Source: Gemmatimonadota bacterium
GTDB lineage: Bacteria > Gemmatimonadota > Gemmatimonadetes > Gemmatimonadales > GWC2-71-9
NCBI GenBank assembly: GCA_036679605.1
Contig: JAZDCZ010000398.1
Span: 32,001-96,000, forward strand
DNA length: 64,000 nt
Reading direction: 5' to 3'
Below the pieces are notes generated by a model. It was given only the letters and a program-made list of their open reading frames with translations, searched no databases and had not been told where the DNA came from. The position numbers and the translations under genes are program-made. Shown in pieces: positions 10,639 to 19,821 of the stretch; the first letter of the stretch is position 1; each line of letters opens with the position of its first letter.

Positions 10639-11502
10639 ATGCGCGTGGTTCTATCTGCTACTGTGATCGCTGGCATGGTGCTGTCCAGCGTTTCGTCCCT
10701 CAACGCCCAAGTTATAGAGGGACTCGTCATCAACGCCCTAAATGGCGATCCCCTCGGAGACGTATCGGTCGTACTCATCGACAAGAATGGGGACATCAAA
10801 CGTGGTTATCTGACGGACGTTGATGGGGTTTACACCCTGGCCTGCCCCGAACCTGGGACTTACAAGCTGAGGATTGGCGGTGCGGGATTCCCGACCTGGG
10901 ATTCTCCGCCCCTGAAAGTTGCAAAAGAACAAACCGTCGATTTCACGGTTAGGCTGGTGCCCGAGGGCGAAGAGTCTGGCCTAGCCGGGTTCAAACAGCG
11001 CATGAAGGAAGGAAAGGGCGTGTTTCTTTCCGAAAAGGAGATTCGCAACAAGGGCGGTTCACGCTTTACAGACGTGTTGCTCAACGTAAAGAGTGTGAAG
11101 GTGATCCGATTCGATCCGGATAGCACTGTTGCGCCGGGCTTTGGCGAAGGCCAACGCATGCTGCCTACGGTAAGCACGCGTGACCAAGATGCTCCCAGTT
11201 TCAAGACGAGTACCACATATAACACGGTGAGGGTGACAGGTTCACACAGCGGATCGGAGAACGTAGGTGCCCGCCAGGGTGGAGAACCGTCGGCCCAGTG
11301 TCCTCCGGTGCTGTTTGTGGACGGGAAGTGGTGGGGCAAGATAGACAGAGTCGGCAGAAATGGACCGGACTACGAAATTCTTCCGAGTGAGTTGGTAGGG
11401 CTAGAAATTTATACGCGTCAGCTCGTGCCGCAACGGTTTGATACGGGTCTCGATTCTCAGTGTGGTGTCATCGTGGCATGGAGGAAGCAGTCGAAAAAAT
11501 AG
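10639..11502 (+). CDS. Secreted carboxypeptidase-regulatory-like domain + TonB-plug-like protein
   Basis: GGAGG RBS; signal peptide; G-x-V...TDxDGxY...PGTY domain; C-terminal CPPVLFVDG...LEIY...CGVIVAW. Confidence 0.75.
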   Translation: MRVVLSATVIAGMVLSSVSSLNAQVIEGLVINALNGDPLGDVSVVLIDKNGDIKRGYLTDVDGVYTLACPEPGTYKLRIGGAGFPTWDSPPLKVAKEQTVDFTVRLVPEGEESGLAGFKQRMKEGKGVFLSEKEIRNKGGSRFTDVLLNVKSVKVIRFDPDSTVAPGFGEGQRMLPTVSTRDQDAPSFKTSTTYNTVRVTGSHSGSENVGARQGGEPSAQCPPVLFVDGKWWGKIDRVGRNGPDYEILPSELVGLEIYTRQLVPQRFDTGLDSQCGVIVAWRKQSKK

Positions 11503-11503
11503 G

Positions 11504-11896
11504 CTACTGAAACCGCTCCAGCAGGACGCTGATGATACCGCGAGAGACGGCTGCATTGCCGGCCATGACCTCGTATAGTAGGTCTTGATCGAGGCGCAGC
11601 AGGCGACAATCCTCCCTGGCCGTTGCTGAGGCCGAACGCGATTCGGAGTTGAGGACAGCCATTTCACCAAAAACGTCGTTGGGGGCGAGGGTAGCTAGTG
11701 TTTTCTCGTGGTCGTGGATCCGAATCGTTCCGTCGACCACTATGAACAGAGACTTCCCAATATCTCCTTTTCTGAAGACAATATCGCCTTCATCCAGATT
11801 GACCTCCTCGAGATAGGTCGCGAGGCTGCTGAGGACGTCGTCCGGTAGGGCCCCAAAAATCTTGGTTCTCTTGAGAATGAACAAGCGCTCTATCAT
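11504..11896 (-). CDS. Stand-alone cyclic nucleotide-binding domain protein
   Basis: FRKGDIGKSLF...VFGEMAVL..ESRSASA; no HTH; paralogous to the C-terminus of 7406..10534. Confidence 0.9.
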   Translation of the reverse strand: MIERLFILKRTKIFGALPDDVLSSLATYLEEVNLDEGDIVFRKGDIGKSLFIVVDGTIRIHDHEKTLATLAPNDVFGEMAVLNSESRSASATAREDCRLLRLDQDLLYEVMAGNAAVSRGIISVLLERFQ

Positions 11897-11961
11897 GATG
11901 GAGCAAATGGTTCACTTCAGCGGCCCCACAGTCAAGGACCCGGTCGACATTACCGTGCCCA

Positions 11962-11977
11962 TGGCATGGGGGTTGCA
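11962..11977 (+). promoter_or_regulatory. sigma54 -24/-12 promoter of the methyltransferase gene
   Basis: TGGCATGGGGGTTGCA versus consensus TGGCAC-N5-TTGCW; 49 bp before ATG 12027. Confidence 0.6.
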
Positions 11978-12026
11978 TTCCTAACCCCAGCAGACGCAAT
12001 CAATCGCGAACGACCCGCACTGGTGA

Positions 12027-12719
12027 ATGGAGACTACCGTGCTGACATTTGATCCGAGCGATGTGAGGAGTGCCAGTCACAACGCACGGCTGGCAATCGG
12101 CTTTGCGGAGAGTCCGTCCGAATGGATCGATGCGACGGCAGAGTTTTCAGAGGGCAGGCTGTCCATCCACGGTCACCCGGTAATGGAGGACTGGGAGACA
12201 CCGTACATGAAGCGGCTTGCCGGCATCGTTGCAACTAGGGGCGAGACCGTGCTCGAGGTGGGCTTCGGCATGGGGATCTCGGCCCAGCATGTCCAGCAAG
12301 GGTCGGTTGGGCGCCATATCGTGATTGAGGCCAACCGGGATGTGTTCCGTTGCCTTGAGGAATTTGCCCAGCGGGCACCGGGACTTGTTGTGCCAGTGTT
12401 CGGTTTCTGGCAGGACGTGCTGCCTACCATAGAGAATGAGAGCGTCGACGGCATCTTGTTCGACACGTATCCGCTCAAAGATGAGGAAGTGCACTGCAAT
12501 CACTTTCCGTTCTTCGAGCATGCACACCGCATTCTTAAGAAGGGCGGTGTCCTCACCTACTATTCAGATGAGATCTCGGGCTTTTCCACTGCCCATCGAA
12601 TGTCCTTGTTGGACGCTGGCTTCACCGATATCAAACACGAAATCTGCCGGGTCAGGCCCCCGGATACTTGCGTTTATTGGCATAGTCAAACCATTATTGC
12701 GCCAATCATAACGAAGTAA
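12027..12719 (+). CDS. Guanidinoacetate N-methyltransferase/RMT2-like class I SAM methyltransferase
   Basis: GHPVMEDWETPYM, VLEVGFGMGI, GILFDTYP, LKKGGVLTY and PPDTCVYW mirror animal GAMT motifs. Confidence 0.85.
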   Translation: METTVLTFDPSDVRSASHNARLAIGFAESPSEWIDATAEFSEGRLSIHGHPVMEDWETPYMKRLAGIVATRGETVLEVGFGMGISAQHVQQGSVGRHIVIEANRDVFRCLEEFAQRAPGLVVPVFGFWQDVLPTIENESVDGILFDTYPLKDEEVHCNHFPFFEHAHRILKKGGVLTYYSDEISGFSTAHRMSLLDAGFTDIKHEICRVRPPDTCVYWHSQTIIAPIITK

Positions 12720-12740
12720 CGCAGTCTCTCGGGAGCAGCA

Positions 12741-14735
12741 ATGGACCCGTCCGAAGGACCTCAACGGGATTCCGCTTCACCAAAGTCCGCATCTGGACAA
12801 ACCGAGCCTCATTTTTCCTGGCCGCCACCGGGCCTAGAGTCCGTGCAGGGGAAGCTATGGTCCGTGATCGCGGTCTTGGCGGTGGGCGACGTAGCGTTGG
12901 TCGCTCCGCTCTTGTGGTCGGTGACCACGAACTACGAGTTTTGGCGCCTGGGGCCGTTCGGGAACAACTGGTGGATTCCGTTGGCGATGAGCGGTGTTGG
13001 TATCGTCGTCGTCTTGGATGGTTGGGGGCGTCTGCTTCGGCTGCTGCGGGCGGGATCCCGGGCCGGGAAGCAAGGGCATCGGTGGATGGTGTTCCTACAG
13101 ACTGTCTCTGACCAGAGGCGCGACACCGGATTTCTAATTCAGGGCGCTCGGTATTATTCGCGCCTATCACCCATTGAGCGTCGGACACTTCTCTTAGTGC
13201 GCCTTGCCGGCTCATGGTCATATCTCGTAGCCGTACTCTGGGCCCCCCTCGGATTTGTCTTGGCTACCCTGGCGGGCGCTAGGGGGTGGATCGAATCGTC
13301 GTCGGTTGTGCCGATGGTGCTGGTACCTACGGTGGCATTCTTCATCTTGGGAGCGGGCGCACGATTGCTGGCGAACCTGCTCGTTAGATCAAGTCGTTCG
13401 GACGGTGGAATTCGGGCGGAGGTCGAGGAAGATGTTCGTTTGCAGGTTGCCGAGTGGAATGAGCGAGCCGCAGGCAAATGGAGTGAAGTCGGTTTCCATA
13501 CACTGGCCCACATGGGTTCGAAGGGCTTCGATTGGATGACTGCCGGGGTCATCGGGTTGGCGATGCTGGTGTTGGTTCCGGTGGTAACCATCACTCTCAC
13601 AGGTGCTTTGGGAGCCGTAATTACGTCGATTGCCGTTCCGAACTTCAGCCGCACTCAGGCCAGGTTCGCAGTTTCGGAGCTGCTGAGACCGTACGCCGCT
13701 GCGTCCGATGACACCGTGTCTCCACAAGAAGCAGGGCTAGCTCTCCAATCGCTGACATGGGTTTCGGTCGAATTCGACGGCGCAGGAATCGAGCGTGCCC
13801 CGCAACGCCGATACCCAGGCCGCTGGTTCCCGGCCGACCACGACAGTGTAATGGATGGTGGGAGCTTGTCGCGCCGGAATTGGGCGATCGGACTGTTCGG
13901 CCGGATCGGAAGTTTGGGCGCGACGGAAAAGTCATATCTCGAAACGGTGGCTTCGCACCCCGCACATCAGGAGTTCGAAATCCTTGCGAAAGGGCCAGAG
14001 ACGGACATCGTGGGCGCGAGATTCAAACTGCCGCTGCCGGATACACTATCCCGGTTCGCGCTGCCGATCCCGAAACTTGCCGGCCTCAGCGAGGGAGCTT
14101 GGGCGCACGTTGCCCAGGCTGCGTGGGAGTTCTCCAGAGGGAGGTCGCGGGAGGCGGAGCAAAAGGTGCGTGAGGTGATAGCCACCGGGTTTTCGTTGAT
14201 CGATGAAGGTCCTACTCTATTCGATGGCCTAATTGGTGTCCGAATTGTAAAGGTGGGAGGCGACGCGCTAGAGCAACTGTATCGGGCGATGGGGCGGAGT
14301 GCCGATGCCGAGGCGTTGAGTCGAGTGCTCACTGGAATCAATGAGATACCGAAGCGGGCGGTGTTGGCGAAGAGGGCCGGTCCGGACCTAGAGCACGAGT
14401 TGCGGACGATCCAGTATGCAATAACAGATGAGTCCGCAGCGCGCGGTATCCGCTGGGAGTACCTCACCTTATTTGCTACGCTTGCTCCCTGCGTGAACCT
14501 CCAAAGGGTAGTGTTTGGGCCGGGCGAATCTTACGAGCGCTGGCTGGAGGCTGCCGAGCAATCTCTTGTGAGGCGTCCTAGTGACGCTGCAATGTTCGCA
14601 TTCTTGAAGACCGGTTTGTTCGGGTCCCGCGAGCGAGCTTCGGGCCCGGTGTGGATGAGGGCCCTCGTAAGACTGACGTTTGGGTCGGGTCGTGGTGGCA
14701 GTTGTGCGGTACGCATCACGCAGCTAAGTATCTAG
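12741..14735 (+). CDS. Hypothetical multi-pass membrane protein with an extracytoplasmic helical domain
   Basis: 664 aa ORF; about 5 hydrophobic segments, then a soluble helical region. Confidence 0.7.
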   Translation: MDPSEGPQRDSASPKSASGQTEPHFSWPPPGLESVQGKLWSVIAVLAVGDVALVAPLLWSVTTNYEFWRLGPFGNNWWIPLAMSGVGIVVVLDGWGRLLRLLRAGSRAGKQGHRWMVFLQTVSDQRRDTGFLIQGARYYSRLSPIERRTLLLVRLAGSWSYLVAVLWAPLGFVLATLAGARGWIESSSVVPMVLVPTVAFFILGAGARLLANLLVRSSRSDGGIRAEVEEDVRLQVAEWNERAAGKWSEVGFHTLAHMGSKGFDWMTAGVIGLAMLVLVPVVTITLTGALGAVITSIAVPNFSRTQARFAVSELLRPYAAASDDTVSPQEAGLALQSLTWVSVEFDGAGIERAPQRRYPGRWFPADHDSVMDGGSLSRRNWAIGLFGRIGSLGATEKSYLETVASHPAHQEFEILAKGPETDIVGARFKLPLPDTLSRFALPIPKLAGLSEGAWAHVAQAAWEFSRGRSREAEQKVREVIATGFSLIDEGPTLFDGLIGVRIVKVGGDALEQLYRAMGRSADAEALSRVLTGINEIPKRAVLAKRAGPDLEHELRTIQYAITDESAARGIRWEYLTLFATLAPCVNLQRVVFGPGESYERWLEAAEQSLVRRPSDAAMFAFLKTGLFGSRERASGPVWMRALVRLTFGSGRGGSCAVRITQLSI

Positions 14736-14825
14736 CAGTAGACGGCCAGTGCACCCTCCGGCCGCAATCCTACAATCACATCAATAGTCCCAAGTCCCAC
14801 ATCACGGCGACCGTGGAGCAACACC

Positions 14826-15260
14826 ATGTCACAACCAATAGTAGATCTCACCGCATCAGTTGAAGGAAACGAAGGAATCAGCGTAATCAGAGGGAGTGAG
14901 ATTTGCCGCGGGTGGAACGGCATAGAATATAAGTTGGGGATGTCGGCAAAGAACGTCGGGGCCAAGAAGCTGTCCATGAACGTTGCCACCATCCCTCCGG
15001 GCGGCGTAGCCTATGCGCACATACATGTGGACTTTGAGGTGATGTTGTACATCTTGGCCGGCAATGTCCGGCATGAATACGGTGCTGGTCTCAAAAAGAC
15101 GGTGGAGAACGAGGCCGGCGACTTCATTTTTATTGAGCCCGGAGTGCCGCATGAGGTGTTCAACATGAGCGACACGGATCCGGTTGTAGCTGTGGTGGCT
15201 CGCTCGGATGCAGATGAATGGGAGCACATCGTCACCTACGACCGCAACAGCGAGAGCTGA
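14826..15260 (+). CDS. Cupin domain protein
   Basis: AHIH...E and GDFIFIEPGVPH cupin motifs; GGAG RBS. Confidence 0.88.
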   Translation: MSQPIVDLTASVEGNEGISVIRGSEICRGWNGIEYKLGMSAKNVGAKKLSMNVATIPPGGVAYAHIHVDFEVMLYILAGNVRHEYGAGLKKTVENEAGDFIFIEPGVPHEVFNMSDTDPVVAVVARSDADEWEHIVTYDRNSES

Positions 15261-15274
15261 CGAACAACCGCTAG

Positions 15275-16330
15275 TTAGTTGTTCTGTTTTACCATGTAGA
15301 TTGTTTGGGAAGGGAATGCAAACTCGATCCCTTCCTCCTCGAACCGTTCGTGAATCCTCAGATTGATAGCCTGCTGGACATCCATATAGGCAGCAAAGGC
15401 CGGCTTGATCACATAGTAGGCGGTCTCGAAGTTGAGCGAAAAATCTCCGAAATCCTTGAAGTGAGATCGATCGAACCTGGTGTTCTCCTGAGACTCTATC
15501 GCCTCTCTAATAATATTGGGGATCTCGATCAGTTTCGCGCGCGGCGTGTCGTAGGTGACTCCAATCCCAAACAGTGCACGGCGTTCGAACAGTCTACCGT
15601 AGTTGCGGATACGGCTCCCAAGCAGGTCCGCGTTGGAGAGTATCAACTGTTCGCCCGACAGGCTCCGCAAACGTGTCGTCTTGAGGCCTATGTGCTCGAC
15701 GTTTCCCTTGTAATCGTCAATGATCAGGAAATCGCCGATGACGAACGGCTTGTCGAGCACGATGGTAATCGACCCAAACAAATCGCCAAGAATGTTCTGT
15801 ACCGCCAGTGCTATGGCCAAACTCCCGACTCCGAGGCCCGCCACCAGCGTGGTGATGTCAACGCCGAGGTTGTCGAGTGCGAGCAGAAGGATGACGGTCC
15901 ACAAGAGCAAACGGCTGACGAAGCCCAGCGCGTTCATAGTGGTAACGCTGGCAGCGTCCTCCCCCATCTGCTGCTTGGTGTATCGTACGATCAGGAAAGT
16001 GATGATCCCGCTTATCCAGATCCCACCTTGAATGAGAAGAACGATGACCACTAGGCCGTTCACTAGGTGGACGACTCCGGTCGGTAGAGTGAGCACCAAT
16101 GTGCCGACGAAAGCAGCTGTGCCTGTCAAGAACAGCAGTTTGGTGCGTCCCAGCACCTGGGCTACAAGGTCATCCCAATCGGTGACTGTTCTCTCGGCAA
16201 GGCTGGCGACACGCTTCGTTGCTATCCGTACCAGTTGCTTGAGGATGCCCAACGTCAGAATTCCAAGTAGAAGGGCTACGATCCATGTCTGGATGGAATT
16301 GCCGTAGATCTCTGTTTGTAAGAATGCCAT
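15275..16330 (-). CDS. MscS-family mechanosensitive channel
   Basis: AGLGVGSLAIALAVQNILGDLF, DKPFVIGD, IGLKTTRLR, IEFAFPSQT. Confidence 0.93.
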   Translation of the reverse strand: MAFLQTEIYGNSIQTWIVALLLGILTLGILKQLVRIATKRVASLAERTVTDWDDLVAQVLGRTKLLFLTGTAAFVGTLVLTLPTGVVHLVNGLVVIVLLIQGGIWISGIITFLIVRYTKQQMGEDAASVTTMNALGFVSRLLLWTVILLLALDNLGVDITTLVAGLGVGSLAIALAVQNILGDLFGSITIVLDKPFVIGDFLIIDDYKGNVEHIGLKTTRLRSLSGEQLILSNADLLGSRIRNYGRLFERRALFGIGVTYDTPRAKLIEIPNIIREAIESQENTRFDRSHFKDFGDFSLNFETAYYVIKPAFAAYMDVQQAINLRIHERFEEEGIEFAFPSQTIYMVKQNN

Positions 16331-16584
16331 GTTGGTTTTCTCTGAGTGCTGTTTAGCGCCGAACCCCGTTCCCCAGCTTCACACGACTACTAACCAACCG
16401 CAAACGATGGCGTTGCGTCAAGTGTAAGTAAAGGCCGCTTTGCCGGGCGGTCCGCGTAAAGGAGAGGCAGGTGGGTCGTTTCCGCTCGGCCACCTGCGGC
16501 GTACCACGTTGGCAAATAGACTGCTAGCACACTACTCTAGCACCGTCTATGTGGTCAATTCCAACAGAAGTTATGGAGAGAGAT

Positions 16585-17340
16585 ATGCCCAACGACTCAT
16601 TGCAGGATAGGGTGGCGATAGTGACGGGTGCTTCCAGCGGAATCGGTAGCGCGACCGCAAGACTGTTGGCGGCTGACGGTTGTGCCGTCGCCGTGGCAGC
16701 GCGGCGCTCTAGCCGTCTAGACAGCCTAGTTGATGAAATCAACGGGCTAGGGGGACGGGCCATGGCGATTACTACGGACGTGACCGACCGGCAACAGGTG
16801 GAACGAATGGTTGAGAAGGTATTGGAATCATTCGGCAAGCTCGACATCCTCGTCAACAATGCGGGTATTATGCCTCTCTCGCCAGTGCGACGGCTGCTGG
16901 TGGACGACTGGGATAGAATGATAGATGTGAATGTGAAGGGTCTCCTATACTGTATAGCAGCTGGCCTTCCGACAATGCTTGAGCAGGGCGGCGGTCACAT
17001 TCTCAATGTGGGCTCGGTAGCCGGCCGGCGATCGTTTTACGGCGGGACGATCTACAGTGCGACGAAGTTCGCTGTGCGTGCGATCTCCCAGGGGCTCAGA
17101 ATCGAGCTGTCGCCAAACGACAACATTCGCGTGACCGACATTGAGCCTGGAGTCGTCGATACGGAGTTAGCAGATCACATCACGGACGAGGAAACTGTGA
17201 CCGGATTCGCGCAGCGTTGGGGGGAGAAGAAGAAGCTCGATTCCGAAGATATAGCGCGAGCCGTCCTTTACGTGGTGACACAGCCGGAGCACGTGAACAT
17301 AAACGAGCTGCTGGTTAGGCCGACTGAGCAGGAACAGTAA
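16585..17340 (+). CDS. SDR family NAD(P)-dependent oxidoreductase (YdfG-like)
   Basis: TGASSGIG, NNAG, YSATK; GGAGAG RBS before ATG 16585. Confidence 0.92.
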   Translation: MPNDSLQDRVAIVTGASSGIGSATARLLAADGCAVAVAARRSSRLDSLVDEINGLGGRAMAITTDVTDRQQVERMVEKVLESFGKLDILVNNAGIMPLSPVRRLLVDDWDRMIDVNVKGLLYCIAAGLPTMLEQGGGHILNVGSVAGRRSFYGGTIYSATKFAVRAISQGLRIELSPNDNIRVTDIEPGVVDTELADHITDEETVTGFAQRWGEKKKLDSEDIARAVLYVVTQPEHVNINELLVRPTEQEQ

Positions 17341-17558
17341 GAGCAGAGTTTCTAGTTCTCATTTGGGATACAATCGTCCGAATCCATGGACATGGCGCCG
17401 GACCGAGCCGGAGGGAAAACCTATGTAGGGCGCCGGAATAGGCGGTAACATGGTTTCGATTAGGAGGGGCACGATGTATGCCTCTCCGGCCGGATGACTC
17501 GAGGAACGGAAGTGCGCTGTTGAAGCTGAGTCAAGAGTCCGAAACCAGGGAGGGACAG

Positions 17559-17732
17559 ATGGGACGCATTTCCCGGCTGCAGGGGCGGGGACGGAACTTG
17601 GAAGATCAAGTTTCGCGCATGGTGGTTGTAGAAGAAGGCGGCACCGAGGTCGGTGAGATCCTTGCTCCTGTGAACGAAGAACCGTTCGGCTATGGCAAAG
17701 AAAGTGTTTATCTGAAACCTAGGGGTGGCTAG
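17559..17732 (+). CDS. Small hypothetical protein (57 aa; alternative start 17478)
   Basis: GGGAGG RBS before ATG 17559; fills the gap between SDR and menC; no family recognised. Confidence 0.35.
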   Translation: MGRISRLQGRGRNLEDQVSRMVVVEEGGTEVGEILAPVNEEPFGYGKESVYLKPRGG

Positions 17733-17760
17733 AGCCACCGGGATTTGCCAGCGCCAGGCC

Positions 17761-18891
17761 CTAGGCCGCCGACACGGTTTCGGCTCGCACAGTGAGGTCG
17801 TCGATTCGGTCGAGTTCCACAGTGACGCCGATCCCTGGGCGATCGCGTGGCACGGTCATCATTCCTTCCGAATCGATCTGCCACTCGGGTGTGACTATGT
17901 CCCGCTCCCAGTAGCGTGAACTCGGGCTAACGTCTCCGGGAATGGAAAAATTGGGCAGCGACGCGAGCGCGACATTGTAGGCGCGGCCTATTCCACTCTC
18001 CAACATCCCCCCGCACCAGACCGGCACGTCGTTTGATAAACACAGGTCGTGGATTGCCTTTGCTTCGGACAGTCCACCTACGCGCCCCGACTTGATATTG
18101 ACGATCCTTCCGCTACGCAGGGCTAGCATTTCTTCTACCCTGCCGACGCCTGTAATCGATTCGTCGAGACAGATGGGCGTATCCATGATCTCTTGGAGTC
18201 GTGCGTGTTGGATTAAGTCGTCCCACGCTAGTGGCTGTTCTATCATGATCAGCCCGAGCCGATCGAGTTTCCGCAGATGATCGAAGTCGGCAGGCATGTA
18301 CGCGTTGTTGGCATCGACCATGAGCGGGGCATCCCTGCCCAGTTCCTCGCGCACTGCAGTCACGTACTCGACGTCAGCACCGGGTCGAATCTTGAGTTTG
18401 ATCTTGTGGTATCCGGATTCCAGCGCGTTCCTGGCCTTGGAAACCAGCGTGTCCGGATCGGGCTGAATTCCTATCGATATTCCACTCTTGATCTGGGACC
18501 GTGTGCCGCCAAGCGCTTCCGACAGAGATTGCTTACCTCGTTCGGCGGCGAGAGCCCAACTACCCATCTCGACTGCGGCTTTCGCCATGTTGTGACCACG
18601 GAAGTCGTGAGAGAGAGCAGCACTAACGTCCAAGGGTTTTTGGAACTCCCGTCCTACCACACGTGGCGCCACCCATTCCTTTATCGCGAGCCACGATGTT
18701 GCGATAGTCTCGGGTGAATAATTTGGTTGCTCTCCTGCCACGCACTCGGACCAGACCGACACTCCGTCAGCGTCGGTCATTTCGACCAACAAGATTCGCC
18801 GGACATCCACCACTCCTGAAGAAATCCGGAACGGCTCTTTGAGTGGCAAGGTGATTTCGCGCAGCGTGATGCTACCGATGCTAAAACTCAT
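17761..18891 (-). CDS. menC: o-succinylbenzoate synthase / N-succinylamino acid racemase (enolase superfamily)
   Basis: KIKLKI, VDAN, IEQP, LDES, NIKSGRVGG, WCGGMLESGIGRA, PGDVSPS. Confidence 0.9.
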   Translation of the reverse strand: MSFSIGSITLREITLPLKEPFRISSGVVDVRRILLVEMTDADGVSVWSECVAGEQPNYSPETIATSWLAIKEWVAPRVVGREFQKPLDVSAALSHDFRGHNMAKAAVEMGSWALAAERGKQSLSEALGGTRSQIKSGISIGIQPDPDTLVSKARNALESGYHKIKLKIRPGADVEYVTAVREELGRDAPLMVDANNAYMPADFDHLRKLDRLGLIMIEQPLAWDDLIQHARLQEIMDTPICLDESITGVGRVEEMLALRSGRIVNIKSGRVGGLSEAKAIHDLCLSNDVPVWCGGMLESGIGRAYNVALASLPNFSIPGDVSPSSRYWERDIVTPEWQIDSEGMMTVPRDRPGIGVTVELDRIDDLTVRAETVSAA

Positions 18892-18897
18892 TGGACC

Positions 18898-19722
18898 TCA
18901 CGTCGTCAATACGTAGTAACAGCGGCGAGTCTCAATGTCGCGATAGAACGATGTTACGGAGTAACCGCGATCCAGATACCAAAGGAATGCGCGCCGCGTT
19001 ACATCTCTCCACGCGCGACCTAACTCCATCGAGCGAGACTTGATGAGCTGTACGTCTTCGGGGATCTCTATCCGTATTACCTGATTGCCAAGAGGTTCAC
19101 ACAGCTGCGGACGCCCGTCTTCATCGATGTTGACGATCGGTACAGTTGCTCGAACGTCACTGTCGTCGCATTCGTTCGAAACGGCCCGCTCGACTCGCGA
19201 ACTCAACAGTTCCCATCGAACGACGATGCGATCGGTCCCTAGTCCGCTGTGGAGTTCACTGCCCGTGCTTTCGCCATACATGTCAGGGACGTATCTGTCG
19301 ACGTCAGCACCGAGCTTGTTGAGGTTGAGGTGGGCATTGCGCGCAACCAGCGGGTCATAGGTCCAGAACGCGACCTCGATGCCGCTTTCAAGGAGGAGTT
19401 CGCGCTGGTAGATCTTTAATCGACATCCTAATCCCGCTCCGCCGAGATGCTCCTCCACCGCCAACATGTGGGACCAGTGTGCAAGACGCCCTTCCCGCAC
19501 ACCGCTTATGCCGTACACAAAACCAACCAAATGGTCCGATCTATCGAATGCGCCGGCGGAGACTCCACCGACCTTCTGCCCGATCATGAGCATTGCCGGA
19601 GGAACAATCTCAGTGAAATCCCGCCCCCATGTTTGCATTTGCAGCTCGACACACTGGGTGTAGTCGCTCTGCGTTTCGAGCGGTCGGAGAGTGATGTCGG
19701 AAGGAGTGGCTGATTGATACAT
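18898..19722 (-). CDS. GNAT family protein, probable amino-acid N-succinyltransferase
   Basis: HWSHMLAV, WTYDPL..RNA.LN..KLG, TDR motifs; adjacent to OSBS/NSAR. Confidence 0.82.
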   Translation of the reverse strand: MYQSATPSDITLRPLETQSDYTQCVELQMQTWGRDFTEIVPPAMLMIGQKVGGVSAGAFDRSDHLVGFVYGISGVREGRLAHWSHMLAVEEHLGGAGLGCRLKIYQRELLLESGIEVAFWTYDPLVARNAHLNLNKLGADVDRYVPDMYGESTGSELHSGLGTDRIVVRWELLSSRVERAVSNECDDSDVRATVPIVNIDEDGRPQLCEPLGNQVIRIEIPEDVQLIKSRSMELGRAWRDVTRRAFLWYLDRGYSVTSFYRDIETRRCYYVLTT

Positions 19723-19821
19723 ACTTGTCGCATGCTCAATGAAGTTTCATATAGTCAAGACGGCCCTCCAGCAACCGGCAGGAGATTTGCCGCCGATAAT
19801 AGGGGGGAGTATGTTGTTCAA

